A DNA stretch of 64,000 bases. Source: Promethearchaeota archaeon. Lineage in GTDB: Archaea > Asgardarchaeota > Lokiarchaeia > Sigyniarchaeales > SOKP01. The stretch spans positions 64,001-128,000 of the forward strand of contig JAHLWP010000007.1 in the NCBI GenBank assembly GCA_019057865.1, read 5' to 3'. The notes below the pieces were generated by a model. That model did no database searches, was not told the origin of the DNA, and saw nothing but the letters and a program-made list of their open reading frames with translations. How positions within the stretch are numbered: position 1 is the first letter of the stretch; each line of letters opens with the position of its first letter. Of the stretch, positions 49,828-61,276 are shown one piece after another. A program made the position numbers and the translations under genes.

Positions 49828-52172
49828 AAAAAAGAGAGTCTTTATCGACCCTTCGAACAAAAATTGCAGCCTTTAAGTCAAGAACAGGTGAAAAATTAAA
49901 GGTATTTGCGGATAAACTTGTTCACAAGGAAGTCTATGTTGATGGGCAAGAACCTCCAAAATCTTATTCATTTGAAAAAAAGTTCTTTGGCTTATATTTC
50001 ATTTTTATAATATCTTCTTTTGTCTTAATATTAACAATTAACATTTCACAAAAGAATTCTATAAATACAGTAATTTTTGCTATTTCAAATGCAATTGTTG
50101 CATTCTTTCTAGTACTATCTGGATTGTTAAGTATAGATAGATTTAGAATTTTCTTATTTGAAGAAAAAACTTTAATTAAACAACTTATTCTTTATTCAGG
50201 TTTATTTACTTTACTTATTCCCGTTTCTTTTTATATCTCAACAGATATTAACTTTATTACGTATTTATTGATTTTCGCAATGATATGGTTATTTCTTCTA
50301 AGTAGCAAATTCTATATTTATTCTAGGAAATTTGCTACAAAAATTGAAGCTAGATTTATTAAAAAATATTCTATCCTTAGATATCTTGTCGCAATTATTA
50401 TCCCCTTTTTAATATTAGGTGTTCTTGTTATTCTTTCACTATTTTATAGGACTTTTTTAGTGTGGCTCTCATTGGATTTCTTTGGAAATAGTGATCCTAG
50501 TTCTGCTGTTGCTGTATATAATCTAGAAATGCGTGTAGTTATGCCGCTAATTTATTTTAGTTTGGTATTAACATTAGTATTTATAATTTTTGAATTTGTT
50601 TTTACTAGAAGGCGTGCAGAAACAAAAAGAGCTGGAACTTTTGATAATTTTACTTTTTCTTTAATTGTTTTATTCATCTTTTTCTTTCAAATTTTACAAA
50701 TCAGTATCTTTATGTTATTAAGACCAGAAACAATAGATGCCTTTAAAGCAACGGTAGGAGTTATTGGCTCGCCTGTCGGTTATATTATAATTTTTGAGTC
50801 TGTCATTTCTATGTATTTTCTATATAGGGTTATTAAAAAAACTGGTAGAACATTAGGTTGGCGTATCTTTATATTTAAGAAAGATGGATTAATTTTGTTC
50901 TTTTTAGCATGTGTCCTCGCTCAAACTATGACACGTTTTGCACTAGCAAATGAAATAGCAAATCAAGAAATAACTCCAATAGGAACATTGTTAATGGCGG
51001 ATAAATATGTAATTTCAGTATTGATGATTTTTCTCTTAGGTAGTACTTTATTAGTCTATTATATAAAACCTCATGAGACTTCAATGTTCATGAGACTTCA
51101 AAAAGAATTAGTATATGATGAAGAAAAGAATATTGAAAAAATTTATAACATTATAAGAAGTGAATATATCCGGAGGGGAGAGGCTTTTCCAATTGAAATA
51201 CTTGAACGTGAATTAATTAAAGCAACTCGACTATCAAAAGGTAATGTTTACTCTCTAGTTGAGCAATTAGCGATAAAAGATATGGATATTCTGATAACCG
51301 AGAGAAAAGAAGAATTTGGAACACCCGTAAAATTTATAGATTTCACCTCTGTTACCGAACGATTTGATAGAAAAGAAATAGCACAAGAAAAAGCTAAAAA
51401 ATATTTAACCAAAAGATTATATGAAACAAGTTTGGCGAAAAGGAGTGAAAAAAGCAGATTAAAAGCTGTCAGCGAATCAGAAAAAGCTTCAGATCAACTT
51501 ATTACCTCTCTTACTGCAAATTATACAAAAAAGCAAGTAGATGAACGAGAAATTGAAAAAGTAAAAGAAGAAGCAAAAGTAACAGAAGATTTGAGAGTAA
51601 AGTTAACAGATGCTTTAAAAAATCAACTATTACAAACGATTAAAAATGAATACTTCTATAGGATTGAGAACAATGATAAATATTTAGACTTTTATGTCCC
51701 TATTTCTGAAGTGTCAGATCAAATTGAATTAAATACGAAAATCACTCCTGGAGAATTATATCCCATTTTAGAAAGTCTCAGTATTATTGATTTGGAATTG
51801 ACTCTAATTGATAATCCTGATGAACCTGAAGATAAGAAAATCAAATTCTTACCCTTTGCTGATGATAATATGAACTTTTCTTTAGCAAATTTTCGACCAG
51901 AAGAGTATGCTAAATTTAAAATTAATGTAATTAAAAATTTTCATAGAGCTCTTAAAACTAAGAAAGAAAAAAGAAGTTTATTTCAGTTGAAAAAAGGGAT
52001 TTCAGATAAATTCGAAGGTCAAAAATCATGGCTTAGTTTATTAGATAATTTATATAGATATTATCCTTTATATACTGAAAAATTATCTTCTGTTCCTAAT
52101 ACAACAAAACTTAGAAATCAGTTGAGGAAAATGGAAGAATTTTATGAAAGAAAACATAACTTAAACAGTTAA
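49824..52172 (+). CDS. Polytopic membrane protein (~11 TM) with large cytoplasmic tail carrying a duplicated wHTH-like module
   Basis: Hydrophobic to about aa 415; repeats IIRSEYIRR...PIEILERELIKATRLSKGNVYSLVEQL and TIKNEYFYR...PISEVSDQIELNTKITPGELYPILESL. Confidence 0.7.
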   Translation: MKKRESLSTLRTKIAAFKSRTGEKLKVFADKLVHKEVYVDGQEPPKSYSFEKKFFGLYFIFIISSFVLILTINISQKNSINTVIFAISNAIVAFFLVLSGLLSIDRFRIFLFEEKTLIKQLILYSGLFTLLIPVSFYISTDINFITYLLIFAMIWLFLLSSKFYIYSRKFATKIEARFIKKYSILRYLVAIIIPFLILGVLVILSLFYRTFLVWLSLDFFGNSDPSSAVAVYNLEMRVVMPLIYFSLVLTLVFIIFEFVFTRRRAETKRAGTFDNFTFSLIVLFIFFFQILQISIFMLLRPETIDAFKATVGVIGSPVGYIIIFESVISMYFLYRVIKKTGRTLGWRIFIFKKDGLILFFLACVLAQTMTRFALANEIANQEITPIGTLLMADKYVISVLMIFLLGSTLLVYYIKPHETSMFMRLQKELVYDEEKNIEKIYNIIRSEYIRRGEAFPIEILERELIKATRLSKGNVYSLVEQLAIKDMDILITERKEEFGTPVKFIDFTSVTERFDRKEIAQEKAKKYLTKRLYETSLAKRSEKSRLKAVSESEKASDQLITSLTANYTKKQVDEREIEKVKEEAKVTEDLRVKLTDALKNQLLQTIKNEYFYRIENNDKYLDFYVPISEVSDQIELNTKITPGELYPILESLSIIDLELTLIDNPDEPEDKKIKFLPFADDNMNFSLANFRPEEYAKFKINVIKNFHRALKTKKEKRSLFQLKKGISDKFEGQKSWLSLLDNLYRYYPLYTEKLSSVPNTTKLRNQLRKMEEFYERKHNLNS

Positions 52173-52220
52173 GAAAAATAAAATAATTTTAATTCTATTT
52201 TTAATGTATAAAGATAAGAT

Positions 52221-53534
52221 TTGTCGAGTCAAAAATTTCAAGAATCAAATTTTAAAGTATTCATTGGATTATCCTCTTTTCAAATTCTCGCTATGTTTAG
52301 GCGAGGTTTGTTTTATACATATTTATCTGTTTATCTAAAGTTTTCTTTAAATTTATCAGTAACAGAAACAACTCTATATGCTACACTCCCCATGATAATG
52401 AGTGTATTGTTTCAAAATCTAGTTTGGGGTCCTATAAGTGATAAATTTCAACGTCGACGATTATTAATTATTTTAGGTGAAATAATCGCGGGAATTGGAA
52501 CACTGCTAGTATGGGGCGTTCATTTTATTTTCGAGAATTTGTATCTAGCTGGATATGTAATAATAATTGGATTAATGATTGTAGAAATGTTTTGGTCAAT
52601 GTCAAACATTGGATGGAGTGCTCTAGTGAGTGATATATACCCTCTTAAAAAACGTGGTAAAACTATGGGCTATTTAACTAGTATTGGAGGATCAGGACGT
52701 ATTATAGGAATCTTTATCGGTGGATTTCTGTATGATGGAGGCTTGGGGTTTCGAAACGGAACATTATTTTTTATAGCATCATTTGTTATGTTTATTTCAA
52801 CTATTCCAATGCTCCTCTTTGTTCCTGAAGGTGGTGTCACCTTAAGAAAGAAACCAGAAGGGAATTCTGATATAGAATTAGATGATGAGCAAAATAACAT
52901 TTTCATATTTGTCATATTCATTATTGCCTTAACTTTTATAAATTTTGGAAGAAATTCTATTGCTGTTCCTTTCCCGCAATTTTTAAAATTGGAATCTGGT
53001 TTTGCAGTTGATGATATAATGCTCAGTTTTATTGCGAATACACGTTCAATTTCAATTATTTTAATTGGACTTTCAGCAGGAATATTAAGTAAAAAATTAG
53101 GCCATGCACGGACTTTAATATTTGGTGCAAACATTGGAATCATTGCTTTAATCATTATAGCAACTGCAGCCAATCTACCAACCATTTTCCTTGGAAGTTT
53201 CTTAATAGGTGCGGCTGAAGTAATTATATACGCCTCATCATACGCTTTTGCTTCAACTTTAATACCAGCAAGAATTCGAGCAAAGTTATTTGGGGTATAT
53301 AATACTACATTCTTCTTATCTTGGGGTTTAGCTTGTACTCTTGTATCTGGACCTTTAATAGATCTCTTAATAAACGAAGGAAAAAGTGATATTTTTGCGT
53401 ATCAAGTGGCGTTTTTGGTGGGAGCGTTGATTTGTTTAATTGGTCTATTAATGTTCACTTTTTTAGAAATTTGGCTGAAATTAAAAAAGAGAAAGTTAAA
53501 AATAGCTTTAAATAAGTCTAATGTTTTAATTTAA
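52221..53534 (+). CDS. MFS transporter
   Basis: Motif A GPISDKFQRR and GILSKKLG; about 12 TM helices. Confidence 0.9.
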   Translation: MSSQKFQESNFKVFIGLSSFQILAMFRRGLFYTYLSVYLKFSLNLSVTETTLYATLPMIMSVLFQNLVWGPISDKFQRRRLLIILGEIIAGIGTLLVWGVHFIFENLYLAGYVIIIGLMIVEMFWSMSNIGWSALVSDIYPLKKRGKTMGYLTSIGGSGRIIGIFIGGFLYDGGLGFRNGTLFFIASFVMFISTIPMLLFVPEGGVTLRKKPEGNSDIELDDEQNNIFIFVIFIIALTFINFGRNSIAVPFPQFLKLESGFAVDDIMLSFIANTRSISIILIGLSAGILSKKLGHARTLIFGANIGIIALIIIATAANLPTIFLGSFLIGAAEVIIYASSYAFASTLIPARIRAKLFGVYNTTFFLSWGLACTLVSGPLIDLLINEGKSDIFAYQVAFLVGALICLIGLLMFTFLEIWLKLKKRKLKIALNKSNVLI

Positions 53535-53557
53535 TCCAAAAAATTAACTCAAATTAC

Positions 53558-53713
53558 TTATTTATTATTTAAATTTTTTTTCTTTAGTTGAAATTCACTG
53601 CATACATTTATTGCTTTAGAATCATTACAATTAAAATTCTTAGGCAAAATACAAGAATCATAAAAAGGACAATTAATTCTCATTTTCGACCTTTGATTTG
53701 ATTGTTCACTCAT
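53558..53713 (-). CDS. Small four-Cys protein, 51 aa (not in ORF track)
   Basis: AGGTG RBS; MSEQSNQRSKMRINCPFYDSCILPKNFNCNDSKAINVCSEFQLKKKNLNNK. Confidence 0.6.
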   Translation of the reverse strand: MSEQSNQRSKMRINCPFYDSCILPKNFNCNDSKAINVCSEFQLKKKNLNNK

Positions 53714-53824
53714 ATTCTCTCACCTAAACCCTTAAAGATGGTAATAAACAGATTCGTTGATTTATCTTTTTATTTACCAGTTAATATTATAATTTGTAAA
53801 ATATAAGATAAAAAATAAAATTTA

Positions 53825-53992
53825 TTATTTACAACAATTTTCACAGATAAACTCATCCAAATCTATGTAACCACAGGATTCTCCCATATAACACTCCAAC
53901 GCTCCAGTTTCTTCATTAATAATCATATCTTGACCACAATGTTGTGGAAGCGTCTCAACAATATTTCCGCATTTAATACATTTTAATTCCAT
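53825..53992 (-). CDS. Small Cys/His-rich metal-binding protein, 55 aa (not in ORF track); paralog of the CopA C-terminal module
   Basis: AGGTGA RBS; MELKCIKCGNIVETLPQHCGQDMIINEETGALECYMGESCGYIDLDEFICENCCK. Confidence 0.8.
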   Translation of the reverse strand: MELKCIKCGNIVETLPQHCGQDMIINEETGALECYMGESCGYIDLDEFICENCCK

Positions 53993-54041
53993 AATTTGTA
54001 TATCACCTTTCTTTTAATTCATATCAATCATTACTACTTCT

Positions 54042-56924
54042 TTACTCAATCACTTCCATAGGTTTTCCGTGATGTTCTGGGATTTGCTGAGCACCACAAG
54101 ATGCACCCATCCAACAGACTAACTGGTCACCTTCCTTATGCATAGGCTTACCACAATGCATTGGAAGTTCTTGTTCTACTCCACATTCCACACATTTTAA
54201 TTTTCCCATTTTTTTATCAACCTCTTTTTTATTTACAGATTTAACATACTTTTCATTAATACTTTTCATTTGCATTAATTTGGGATTCATATTATCATAA
54301 TTCTTAAATCTTTCTGGATCACGTTTAAAGTGAGTTTCACAGTTAGGATTACAAAAGTGATATAGTTTCCCCTGATATTCATACTCAATAGCGCGTCTTG
54401 GATCAATTTCCATTCCGCATACAGGATCAATTACTTTTTCTTGAGATACAAGTAAACGTTCCTCTTCAAGTTGTTGAGGTGTTTTTGGTTCGAATCTTTT
54501 TAAGAACAAAGCATTGGTCACCACAGAAACAGAACTAGTAGCCATGAAAACTGCTGCTAAATAAGGAGGTAAAAAGAATCCTGTTAATCCATATAAAATA
54601 CCCGCCGCAATAGGAAGTCCTATGATATTATAAATAAATGCCCAAAATAGATTCGTAATCATTTTTTTATACGTTTTTTTAGATAAATTAATAGCAGAAA
54701 CCACATTTCTAAGGTCACCTCGCATTAGAACGATATCTGCAGTCTCAATTGCTACATCCGTACCAGATCCAATAGCAATGCCTACATCTGCTTGGGCTAA
54801 AGCTGGTGCATCATTAATTCCATCACCTACCATACCCACAATTTTGTGATCACCCGATTTTTGTAGTTTCTGTATAGTTAAAGCTTTATCATTTGGAAGA
54901 ACCTCTGCTAATATGTGTTCCTCGTCAATTTTTAACTGATTTCCTATACTTAACGCGGTTTGCATATTATCACCAGTTAGCATATAAATGCTTAATCCAA
55001 TTTCTCTTAATTTATTTAAAGCGTATGGAGCTTGATCTTTAATCTTATCAGAAATTCCTATAATTCCTCTAACAACATTTTCTATACTTACTAAGATTGT
55101 CGTTATTCCTTTTTGCTGAAATTCTTCAAATTTGTCCTTGTATTTAAAGATCGAAATATTGTTTTCAATCATTAATTTTTCATTCCCAATCAATACTACT
55201 TTTCCTTTAATGTTAGTTCTGATACCTTTACCAAGGATAGCATCAAATTCAGTCGGAGCTTCAAGAGATAACCCTCTTTGATTTGACTCCTCGATAATTG
55301 CTTTTCCAATTGGATGTTCAGAGCCCATTTCTGCGCTCCCAGCATAAAATAAAAGTTCTTTTTCGTCATAACCTTTTCCAGTTAAATCTTTTTCAGCAAA
55401 AATTACCGAAACTTTTGGTTTTCCAACGGTTAAAGTGCCAGTTTTATCGAATACGACTGTATTAATAGTATTAATGGATTCTAAGGAATCTCCACCTTTA
55501 ATTAATAAGCCACTTTCAGCACCTTTGCCAGTACCAACCATTACAGCGGTTGGAATTGCCAATCCTAAGGCACAGGGACAAGCAATAACTACAACTGAAG
55601 TGAATACTAATAAAGATGTCTCAAGTTGAGTTGCTTCGAGTGCTGGATATAATTGAGTACCAATGAAATACCAATAAAGAAACGCGCTAACAGCAATAAT
55701 AATGACTATAGGTACGAAATAATTACTAATTTTGTCAGCTAATTGCTGCTTAGCAGCTTTTCGACTTTGAGCTTGTTTTACAAAATTGATGATTTGAAAT
55801 AATAATGTATCTTTTCCAACTTTTTCAGTTATCATATGAATTAAACCAGTTTGGTTTACTGTTGCCCCAATTACTTCACTATCAAGCTCTTTTTTAACAT
55901 ATTTACTTTCTCCTGTAATCATAGATTCATCTATTTTAGTTTTTCCCACAATTACTCTCCCATCAACTGGAATTTTTTCTCCTGGTCTGACAACTAACAC
56001 GTCTCCAACTTCAATTTCTTCAATAGGAATCTCTATTTCCTCGCCATCTTTTAAGATTGTTGCGGTTTTCGGTTGCAATCCTACTAATTTTTTTATAGCT
56101 TCAGATGTCTGCCCTTTAGTCTTATGCTCAAGGTATTTTCCAACTAATAAAAAAGTGATTATCAAACTCATTGCTTCATAAAACACTTTTCCTGATATAA
56201 AGAAAGTGGTCATTATTGAGTAAATAAGTGCAGTCGTTGTCCCTAAAGCAACTAACACATCCATGTTAGTAGTTTTATTTTTTAATGATTTATATGCTCC
56301 GATTAAAAAAAACGACCCTGAAATAACGTAATTTGTTATCCCCAAAAAGAAAAGAAGGATGTTTCTTTCAAACGATTCTGTCACAAACCAACTTATAGGT
56401 GCAATTATTAGTGAAAATATTAATGATATTGCCATGATGCGTAATCGATATCTCATTTCTTTCTTATGTTTTATAATTTCCATGTCCATAGCTCCAGCAG
56501 ATTTCTCAATGTTATAATCTAGTTGTTTAACTTTAGAATATACTTGGTTTTCATCTATAACTAATTCATTAAATTCAATGAACATCTTAGATGCTTTATA
56601 ATTTCCCCTGATGTCATGAATTCCTTCGACCTCTTTTATACTATTAATAAAAATTTCAAATTCATTTTCTGAAAGTTTATCTACAACTCTTATATCGATT
56701 TTGGCTAAGGATGCCTTGTAACCAAGATCTCGAATTGCTTCTTTAAAGTTATTGAAATTAGTTATATTTGGATCATATTTGACTGTCGCTTCTTCATTAG
56801 CAAAATTAACAACTGCATTCTTCACACCATCAAGACTACTCAATTTATTCTCAATTTTTAAGGCACAATTAGCACATGTCATTCCACCAAGCTTAATATT
56901 TACATTTTCTTTTGTTTCTGCCAT
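54042..56924 (-). CDS. copA: Cu(I)-exporting P1B-1 ATPase with N-terminal HMA, C-terminal YHS domain and extra Cys/His module
   Basis: [38 protein letters not shown], MxxSS; YHS DPVCGM...FCNPNC. Confidence 0.95.
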   Translation of the reverse strand: MAETKENVNIKLGGMTCANCALKIENKLSSLDGVKNAVVNFANEEATVKYDPNITNFNNFKEAIRDLGYKASLAKIDIRVVDKLSENEFEIFINSIKEVEGIHDIRGNYKASKMFIEFNELVIDENQVYSKVKQLDYNIEKSAGAMDMEIIKHKKEMRYRLRIMAISLIFSLIIAPISWFVTESFERNILLFFLGITNYVISGSFFLIGAYKSLKNKTTNMDVLVALGTTTALIYSIMTTFFISGKVFYEAMSLIITFLLVGKYLEHKTKGQTSEAIKKLVGLQPKTATILKDGEEIEIPIEEIEVGDVLVVRPGEKIPVDGRVIVGKTKIDESMITGESKYVKKELDSEVIGATVNQTGLIHMITEKVGKDTLLFQIINFVKQAQSRKAAKQQLADKISNYFVPIVIIIAVSAFLYWYFIGTQLYPALEATQLETSLLVFTSVVVIACPCALGLAIPTAVMVGTGKGAESGLLIKGGDSLESINTINTVVFDKTGTLTVGKPKVSVIFAEKDLTGKGYDEKELLFYAGSAEMGSEHPIGKAIIEESNQRGLSLEAPTEFDAILGKGIRTNIKGKVVLIGNEKLMIENNISIFKYKDKFEEFQQKGITTILVSIENVVRGIIGISDKIKDQAPYALNKLREIGLSIYMLTGDNMQTALSIGNQLKIDEEHILAEVLPNDKALTIQKLQKSGDHKIVGMVGDGINDAPALAQADVGIAIGSGTDVAIETADIVLMRGDLRNVVSAINLSKKTYKKMITNLFWAFIYNIIGLPIAAGILYGLTGFFLPPYLAAVFMATSSVSVVTNALFLKRFEPKTPQQLEEERLLVSQEKVIDPVCGMEIDPRRAIEYEYQGKLYHFCNPNCETHFKRDPERFKNYDNMNPKLMQMKSINEKYVKSVNKKEVDKKMGKLKCVECGVEQELPMHCGKPMHKEGDQLVCWMGASCGAQQIPEHHGKPMEVIE

Positions 56925-57538
56925 TAAAAATCACCTTTTTTCATATTTCTAGATAACAAATTTAATAATTATACCTTTTGTTTATATTTTGAAAGATTTT
57001 TAAATCATATTTTTTGAGACTTGTAAAAAAATCTTATAGATTTGTTATTTTTTAAAAATAAAATTTAGAATAAAACCTGATTACTTATAAACAATTAAAA
57101 TAACATATTTTTTTCATAACATTTTTTTAAAAATTTTTTTAAAAATCTTAAACTTTCTTCTTACAATAAATATTTCTATAAACTTAATTTTTTTTTAAAT
57201 TTCTAAAAACTTTTATCTCATTTTATAGTTTCTTGTTTCAAAATGAAAATTTAATAATACACCCTCCACCTTGATTCTAATTGTCAATTATTGAGTTATT
57301 ATTAAAAAAATCCGAGATTGAAACAAAAGTCTCTATTTTTTAGTTTATAAAATTATTTTGACGTAATATTTAAAATTATGTAGTAAAGGTGTTCTTAAAA
57401 CTATTATAAACCCAGAATAATAATTTTTTTACAACCTTTATCAGGTTGCTTAGTTCTACTCCTTTGTAGTTAATAAGAAGATATGAAAAAGAAAATAAAA
57501 TGATAATAATTAACTAAATTATCTCAATTTTTTATTTC

Positions 57539-59620
57539 TTATTTCTTTAACTTTAGAAATCTTGCATTAATGGCAACGATAACCGTGCTTAAAGACATAA
57601 GAATTGCCCCAATTGCAGGAGTAATTAATACTCCGAGACTAAATAGAACTCCTGCGGCAAGCGGAATCGCAAAAACATTATAACCTGTTGCCCATATAAG
57701 ATTTTGAATCATTTTCTTATAGGTTGCTTTTCCAAATCCTATAAGAGAAGTTACATCTCTTGGATTACTATTTACGAGAATGATGTCAGCAGTTTCAGCT
57801 GCAACATCAGTGCCTGATCCAATTGCAATTCCTACATCTGCTTGAGCTAAAGCAGGAGCATCATTAATTCCATCACCAGTCATTGCTACAAATTCACCTT
57901 TAGATTGTAACTCTTTAACCTTTTCTAACTTTTCATGAGGAAGTACTTCAGAATAATATCCATCAAGACTTAATTCCTCTGAGACGGCTTTAGCAGTTTT
58001 TTCATTATCACCTGTTAACATCCAACATTTAATATTCATAGATTTTAAATTCTTAATAGCATCATGAGATTCTTCACGGACTTGATCAGAAAGACTAATA
58101 GCCCCGATTAATTTATTCTCACCCAAAAGCACAAATACGACAGTATCTATTGATCCTCTTCTCAAATTTTTTGGGATCGGGATGTCTAGGGCTTTCAAAT
58201 AATTTGGACTAATAACACTAACAAGTTCTCCATTGATAGTTCCTTCAACACCTTTTCCCTTGATAGCTTTAAAATCCAAAGGTTGTTGTAGGGTAAGATT
58301 CATTTTATGTGCTTTTTCTACTATTCCCTTTGCAATTGGATGCTCAGAATTTTGTTCTAACGAAGCTGTTAGTTGAATAATTTTCTGCTCATCATAATCA
58401 TTATCAAAGGATTGTATGACATTTACACCAAAAGCACCCTCTGTTAAAGTTCCCGTTTTATCAAACAAAATGGTGGAAATTTTTCTAGAAGCTTCGAAAG
58501 CTGTTCGATTTCTAATCAATAAACCACTTTTTGCAGAGAGGGCAGTCGACATTGCCACTACCAGAGGTATCGCTAATCCAAGCGCGTGTGGACAGGCAAT
58601 AACCATTACTGTTGCCATTCTCTCAATTGAAAAATTAAAAGACTCTCCAATAGATAACCAGATAAATAAGGTGGTGAATCCAACAGTCAAGGCTATAATA
58701 GTAAGCCAAAAAGCAGCTCTATCAGCAAGTCGTTGAGTTTTTGATTTGGAGGCTTGTGCTTCTCTCACTAAATTAATTACTTTTGATAAATATGAATCCT
58801 TCCCTGTACTTTCTACTTGAATTTCAAGAGACCCATCACCATTAACAGACCCCCCGATAACCAAGTCTCCACTCTCCTTTTCAACTGGTACTGATTCTCC
58901 TGTTAACATGGACTCATCAATATAGCTCGAACCTTTTAAAATTAATCCATCGGATGGTATTTTTTCACCAGGCCTTATTAAGACATTGTCTCCTTTTTTT
59001 AATTCACTAAGCTCTACGTCAATGATCTCTCCATCTCTTATTTGATGAGCTGTCGATGGCATTAACTCCACCAACTTTTCTAAAGCTCGAGACGCTCCTA
59101 AAATTGATTTCATTTCGATCCAATGCCCTAAGAGCATAATATCAATTAATGTTGCTAATTCCCAAAAAAAAGGATCTCCTTCTAATCCCAAAACAGTAGC
59201 AGCACTATAAAAGTATGCGACAGAAATAGCTACCGCAATCAATGTCATCATTCCAGGAGCTTTTTTCCTTAACTCGTTCACAAGACCTTTAAGAAATGGC
59301 CATCCTCCATAAAAGAAAATAAAGGATGCCATAATCAGTAATACATAATCTAAACCGGGAAATGTGATACTCACTCCTAACCATCCTTGTATAGTGGGAG
59401 ATAATATAAGTATAGGAATAGTAACAATTAGTGAGACATAAAATCTTCGCCGAAAATCTTTTATCATCATTCTATGGTGAGCAGATTGATCCATATGTCC
59501 TTTATGTTCAGCTTTATTCGAACTATGAGTATCATGAGAATTTATTCCATTCATATTTTTATCTGATACTACAGTGGGTTTATCTTGTTTTTTTTCTTTA
59601 ACTTTATTATTATTTTTCAT
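57539..59620 (-). CDS. copB: P1B-3 copper ATPase with His-rich N-terminus
   Basis: His/Met-rich N-terminus; CPHALG, DKTGT, GYN, MSLST. Confidence 0.93.
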   Translation of the reverse strand: MKNNNKVKEKKQDKPTVVSDKNMNGINSHDTHSSNKAEHKGHMDQSAHHRMMIKDFRRRFYVSLIVTIPILILSPTIQGWLGVSITFPGLDYVLLIMASFIFFYGGWPFLKGLVNELRKKAPGMMTLIAVAISVAYFYSAATVLGLEGDPFFWELATLIDIMLLGHWIEMKSILGASRALEKLVELMPSTAHQIRDGEIIDVELSELKKGDNVLIRPGEKIPSDGLILKGSSYIDESMLTGESVPVEKESGDLVIGGSVNGDGSLEIQVESTGKDSYLSKVINLVREAQASKSKTQRLADRAAFWLTIIALTVGFTTLFIWLSIGESFNFSIERMATVMVIACPHALGLAIPLVVAMSTALSAKSGLLIRNRTAFEASRKISTILFDKTGTLTEGAFGVNVIQSFDNDYDEQKIIQLTASLEQNSEHPIAKGIVEKAHKMNLTLQQPLDFKAIKGKGVEGTINGELVSVISPNYLKALDIPIPKNLRRGSIDTVVFVLLGENKLIGAISLSDQVREESHDAIKNLKSMNIKCWMLTGDNEKTAKAVSEELSLDGYYSEVLPHEKLEKVKELQSKGEFVAMTGDGINDAPALAQADVGIAIGSGTDVAAETADIILVNSNPRDVTSLIGFGKATYKKMIQNLIWATGYNVFAIPLAAGVLFSLGVLITPAIGAILMSLSTVIVAINARFLKLKK

Positions 59621-59719
59621 CTTTTACCATCGATTCTTTTTCTATCAAATATTTTTTTTTACTATTTGTTATAAATTTTTTATTTATAATTTAAATATAA
59701 TTAAAATAAAATGGTTACT

Positions 59720-59890
59720 TTAATCTAATCCAATGTGTTCAATTACATTTCTAAGTTTTTGAGCAGATTTTTTAAAGTAATCTTCTTCTTTCAAGTTTAG
59801 GGCAATTTTCAACACACGCGATACACCTAATTTGTTTATAATCGCAGGTAAACCTAAATAGACTTTGTTTATGCCTAAGTAGTTTCTTTT
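59720..59890 (-). pseudogene. C-terminal remnant of an L-lactate/malate dehydrogenase
   Basis: YLGINKVYLGLPAIINKLGVSRVLKIALNLKEEDYFKKSAQKL matches the LDH/MDH C-terminus; no Rossmann N-terminal domain upstream. Confidence 0.7.
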
Positions 59891-60080
59891 AAAAAGGAGT
59901 CTAACGCGGAGAGAAAGCCGGATATTAATTATCATAAATCTTATTTAACTTTACATAATTTTTGCAAAAAATTAATACACCGTCCATAGTCAAGGCCCAA
60001 AAGTTTTCAATCATTCTATTTTCATCTCTATGTAAATTTAATTTTACTATTTTATTTATGCAAATAAAAACGTAAAATAA

Positions 60081-60323
60081 TTAAATTTTTCTTCTCAGTC
60101 TTTAAATTCAAGTATTGTATATTTTGCAGTTTCTTCATTTGCAATTAAGACTGCTATGGATCCTCATATTATAAAAACAATAAAAGTTAAAAAATTTAAT
60201 TCTTCTAATAAAATTCACTTGAGGTTAGCACAACTTTCGCAAGACGCTCTTAAAATAACTAAAAAGATCATTGAAGATAGTCATGAAGATTTAATAACAA
60301 ATTTGAATAACTTTAAGGAATAA
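60081..60323 (+). pseudogene. C-terminal remnant of a type IIG-like DNA methyltransferase/RM protein
   Basis: Stop-bounded frame LNSSIVYFAVSSFAIKTAMDPHIIKTIKVKKFNSSNKIHLRLAQLS; compare LNSTIM...IKTFNPNNQNHQKLVKLG in 17906..20155. Confidence 0.6.
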
Positions 60324-60350
60324 ATTGATAAAACAGTAGCTAAACTGTAT

Positions 60351-60773
60351 TTAGGAACCACAACCAAACCAAGGCTTCTCGTCCTTTTTAGTCTGCTGTG
60401 CAACATTGAATCTGTTCAAACCTGAATAAATGTCAATAATTGCATATATCTCAGTTAAAGCTTCGTCATCCAAACCATTGTTTGATACTGCTCCATTATA
60501 AACATCAATACAATAGTTAGATCCGCTCATTATTGAGACGGTAAGAGCAATAATGTCTTTGGTGTTTTTATCAAGCTTGCCTTCTTTGGTCATGACTGCC
60601 TGAACTCTATTCCAAGTTAATTCCAAATAATCAGGGTTCAACGCCATAGCTTTGTACATGTTAGGGATAAAATCTATTCCTAATGTTTTCTTAATGTCAT
60701 CATAAATCATTCGCACTTTTCCTGCTGCAGTTGATTCATCTACAACATCCGTAGTCGTACATTTTTCTGTCAT
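60351..60773 (-). CDS. Carboxymuconolactone decarboxylase/AhpD-like protein
   Basis: IPNMYKAMALNP...LDKNTKDIIALTVS..SGSNYC; the usual CxxC is SxxC. Confidence 0.8.
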   Translation of the reverse strand: MTEKCTTTDVVDESTAAGKVRMIYDDIKKTLGIDFIPNMYKAMALNPDYLELTWNRVQAVMTKEGKLDKNTKDIIALTVSIMSGSNYCIDVYNGAVSNNGLDDEALTEIYAIIDIYSGLNRFNVAQQTKKDEKPWFGCGS

Positions 60774-60914
60774 AAGAAAAATATTAATTCTTTAATTTAT
60801 AAACGTAATCCATTTAATTTATAATATATTGATTGTAGGAGCAATTATCAGAACAATCAATATCTTCACTTATTTTTCTTATTTCAAGAACAGAATCAAG
60901 ATCTACTATTTTGA

Positions 60915-61256
60915 TTAAATTTCACTTCCGCAAAATGGACAATATTTTTGTGTTCTTTCATCGAGTTTTTCTCCACAATTAGGACAGAAATAAGCATTTT
61001 CACTTTTCAGTTTTTCTTCAATTCCTTTATCTGATGTAATTCTCTGTAAATTTCGAGTTTCTATTTTATTAGATTTTTCATTGTTATATGCTTCTTGATG
61101 TGAGATGTCTGTTAAATTATCCTGACGAGTTCTTCGAGATAGAAGATATAAAAGAATTACAGCAATTATAACAAAAAGACTGACTCCTAAAATCATGTAG
61201 AACCATCCATTTGAACCCCAATCCATCATACCATCATGACCATAATCTAACATCAT
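60915..61256 (-). CDS. Single-TM protein with His/Met-rich N-terminus and C-terminal Zn ribbon
   Basis: HDGMMDWG, TM helix, FCPNCG...YCPFCG. Confidence 0.75.
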   Translation of the reverse strand: MMLDYGHDGMMDWGSNGWFYMILGVSLFVIIAVILLYLLSRRTRQDNLTDISHQEAYNNEKSNKIETRNLQRITSDKGIEEKLKSENAYFCPNCGEKLDERTQKYCPFCGSEI

Positions 61257-61276
61257 TAATCCACCCTATACTTATG

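Noticed and set aside
57316-57325. ATTGAAAC motif resembling a CRISPR repeat 3' end (also near 31572)
   Set aside because: Isolated occurrences with no regularly spaced repeats and no cas genes.
56950-57530. Long AT-rich gap between copB and copA with short T/A tandem runs
   Set aside because: Low complexity only; no credible ORF, terminal inverted repeats or clear operator palindrome.
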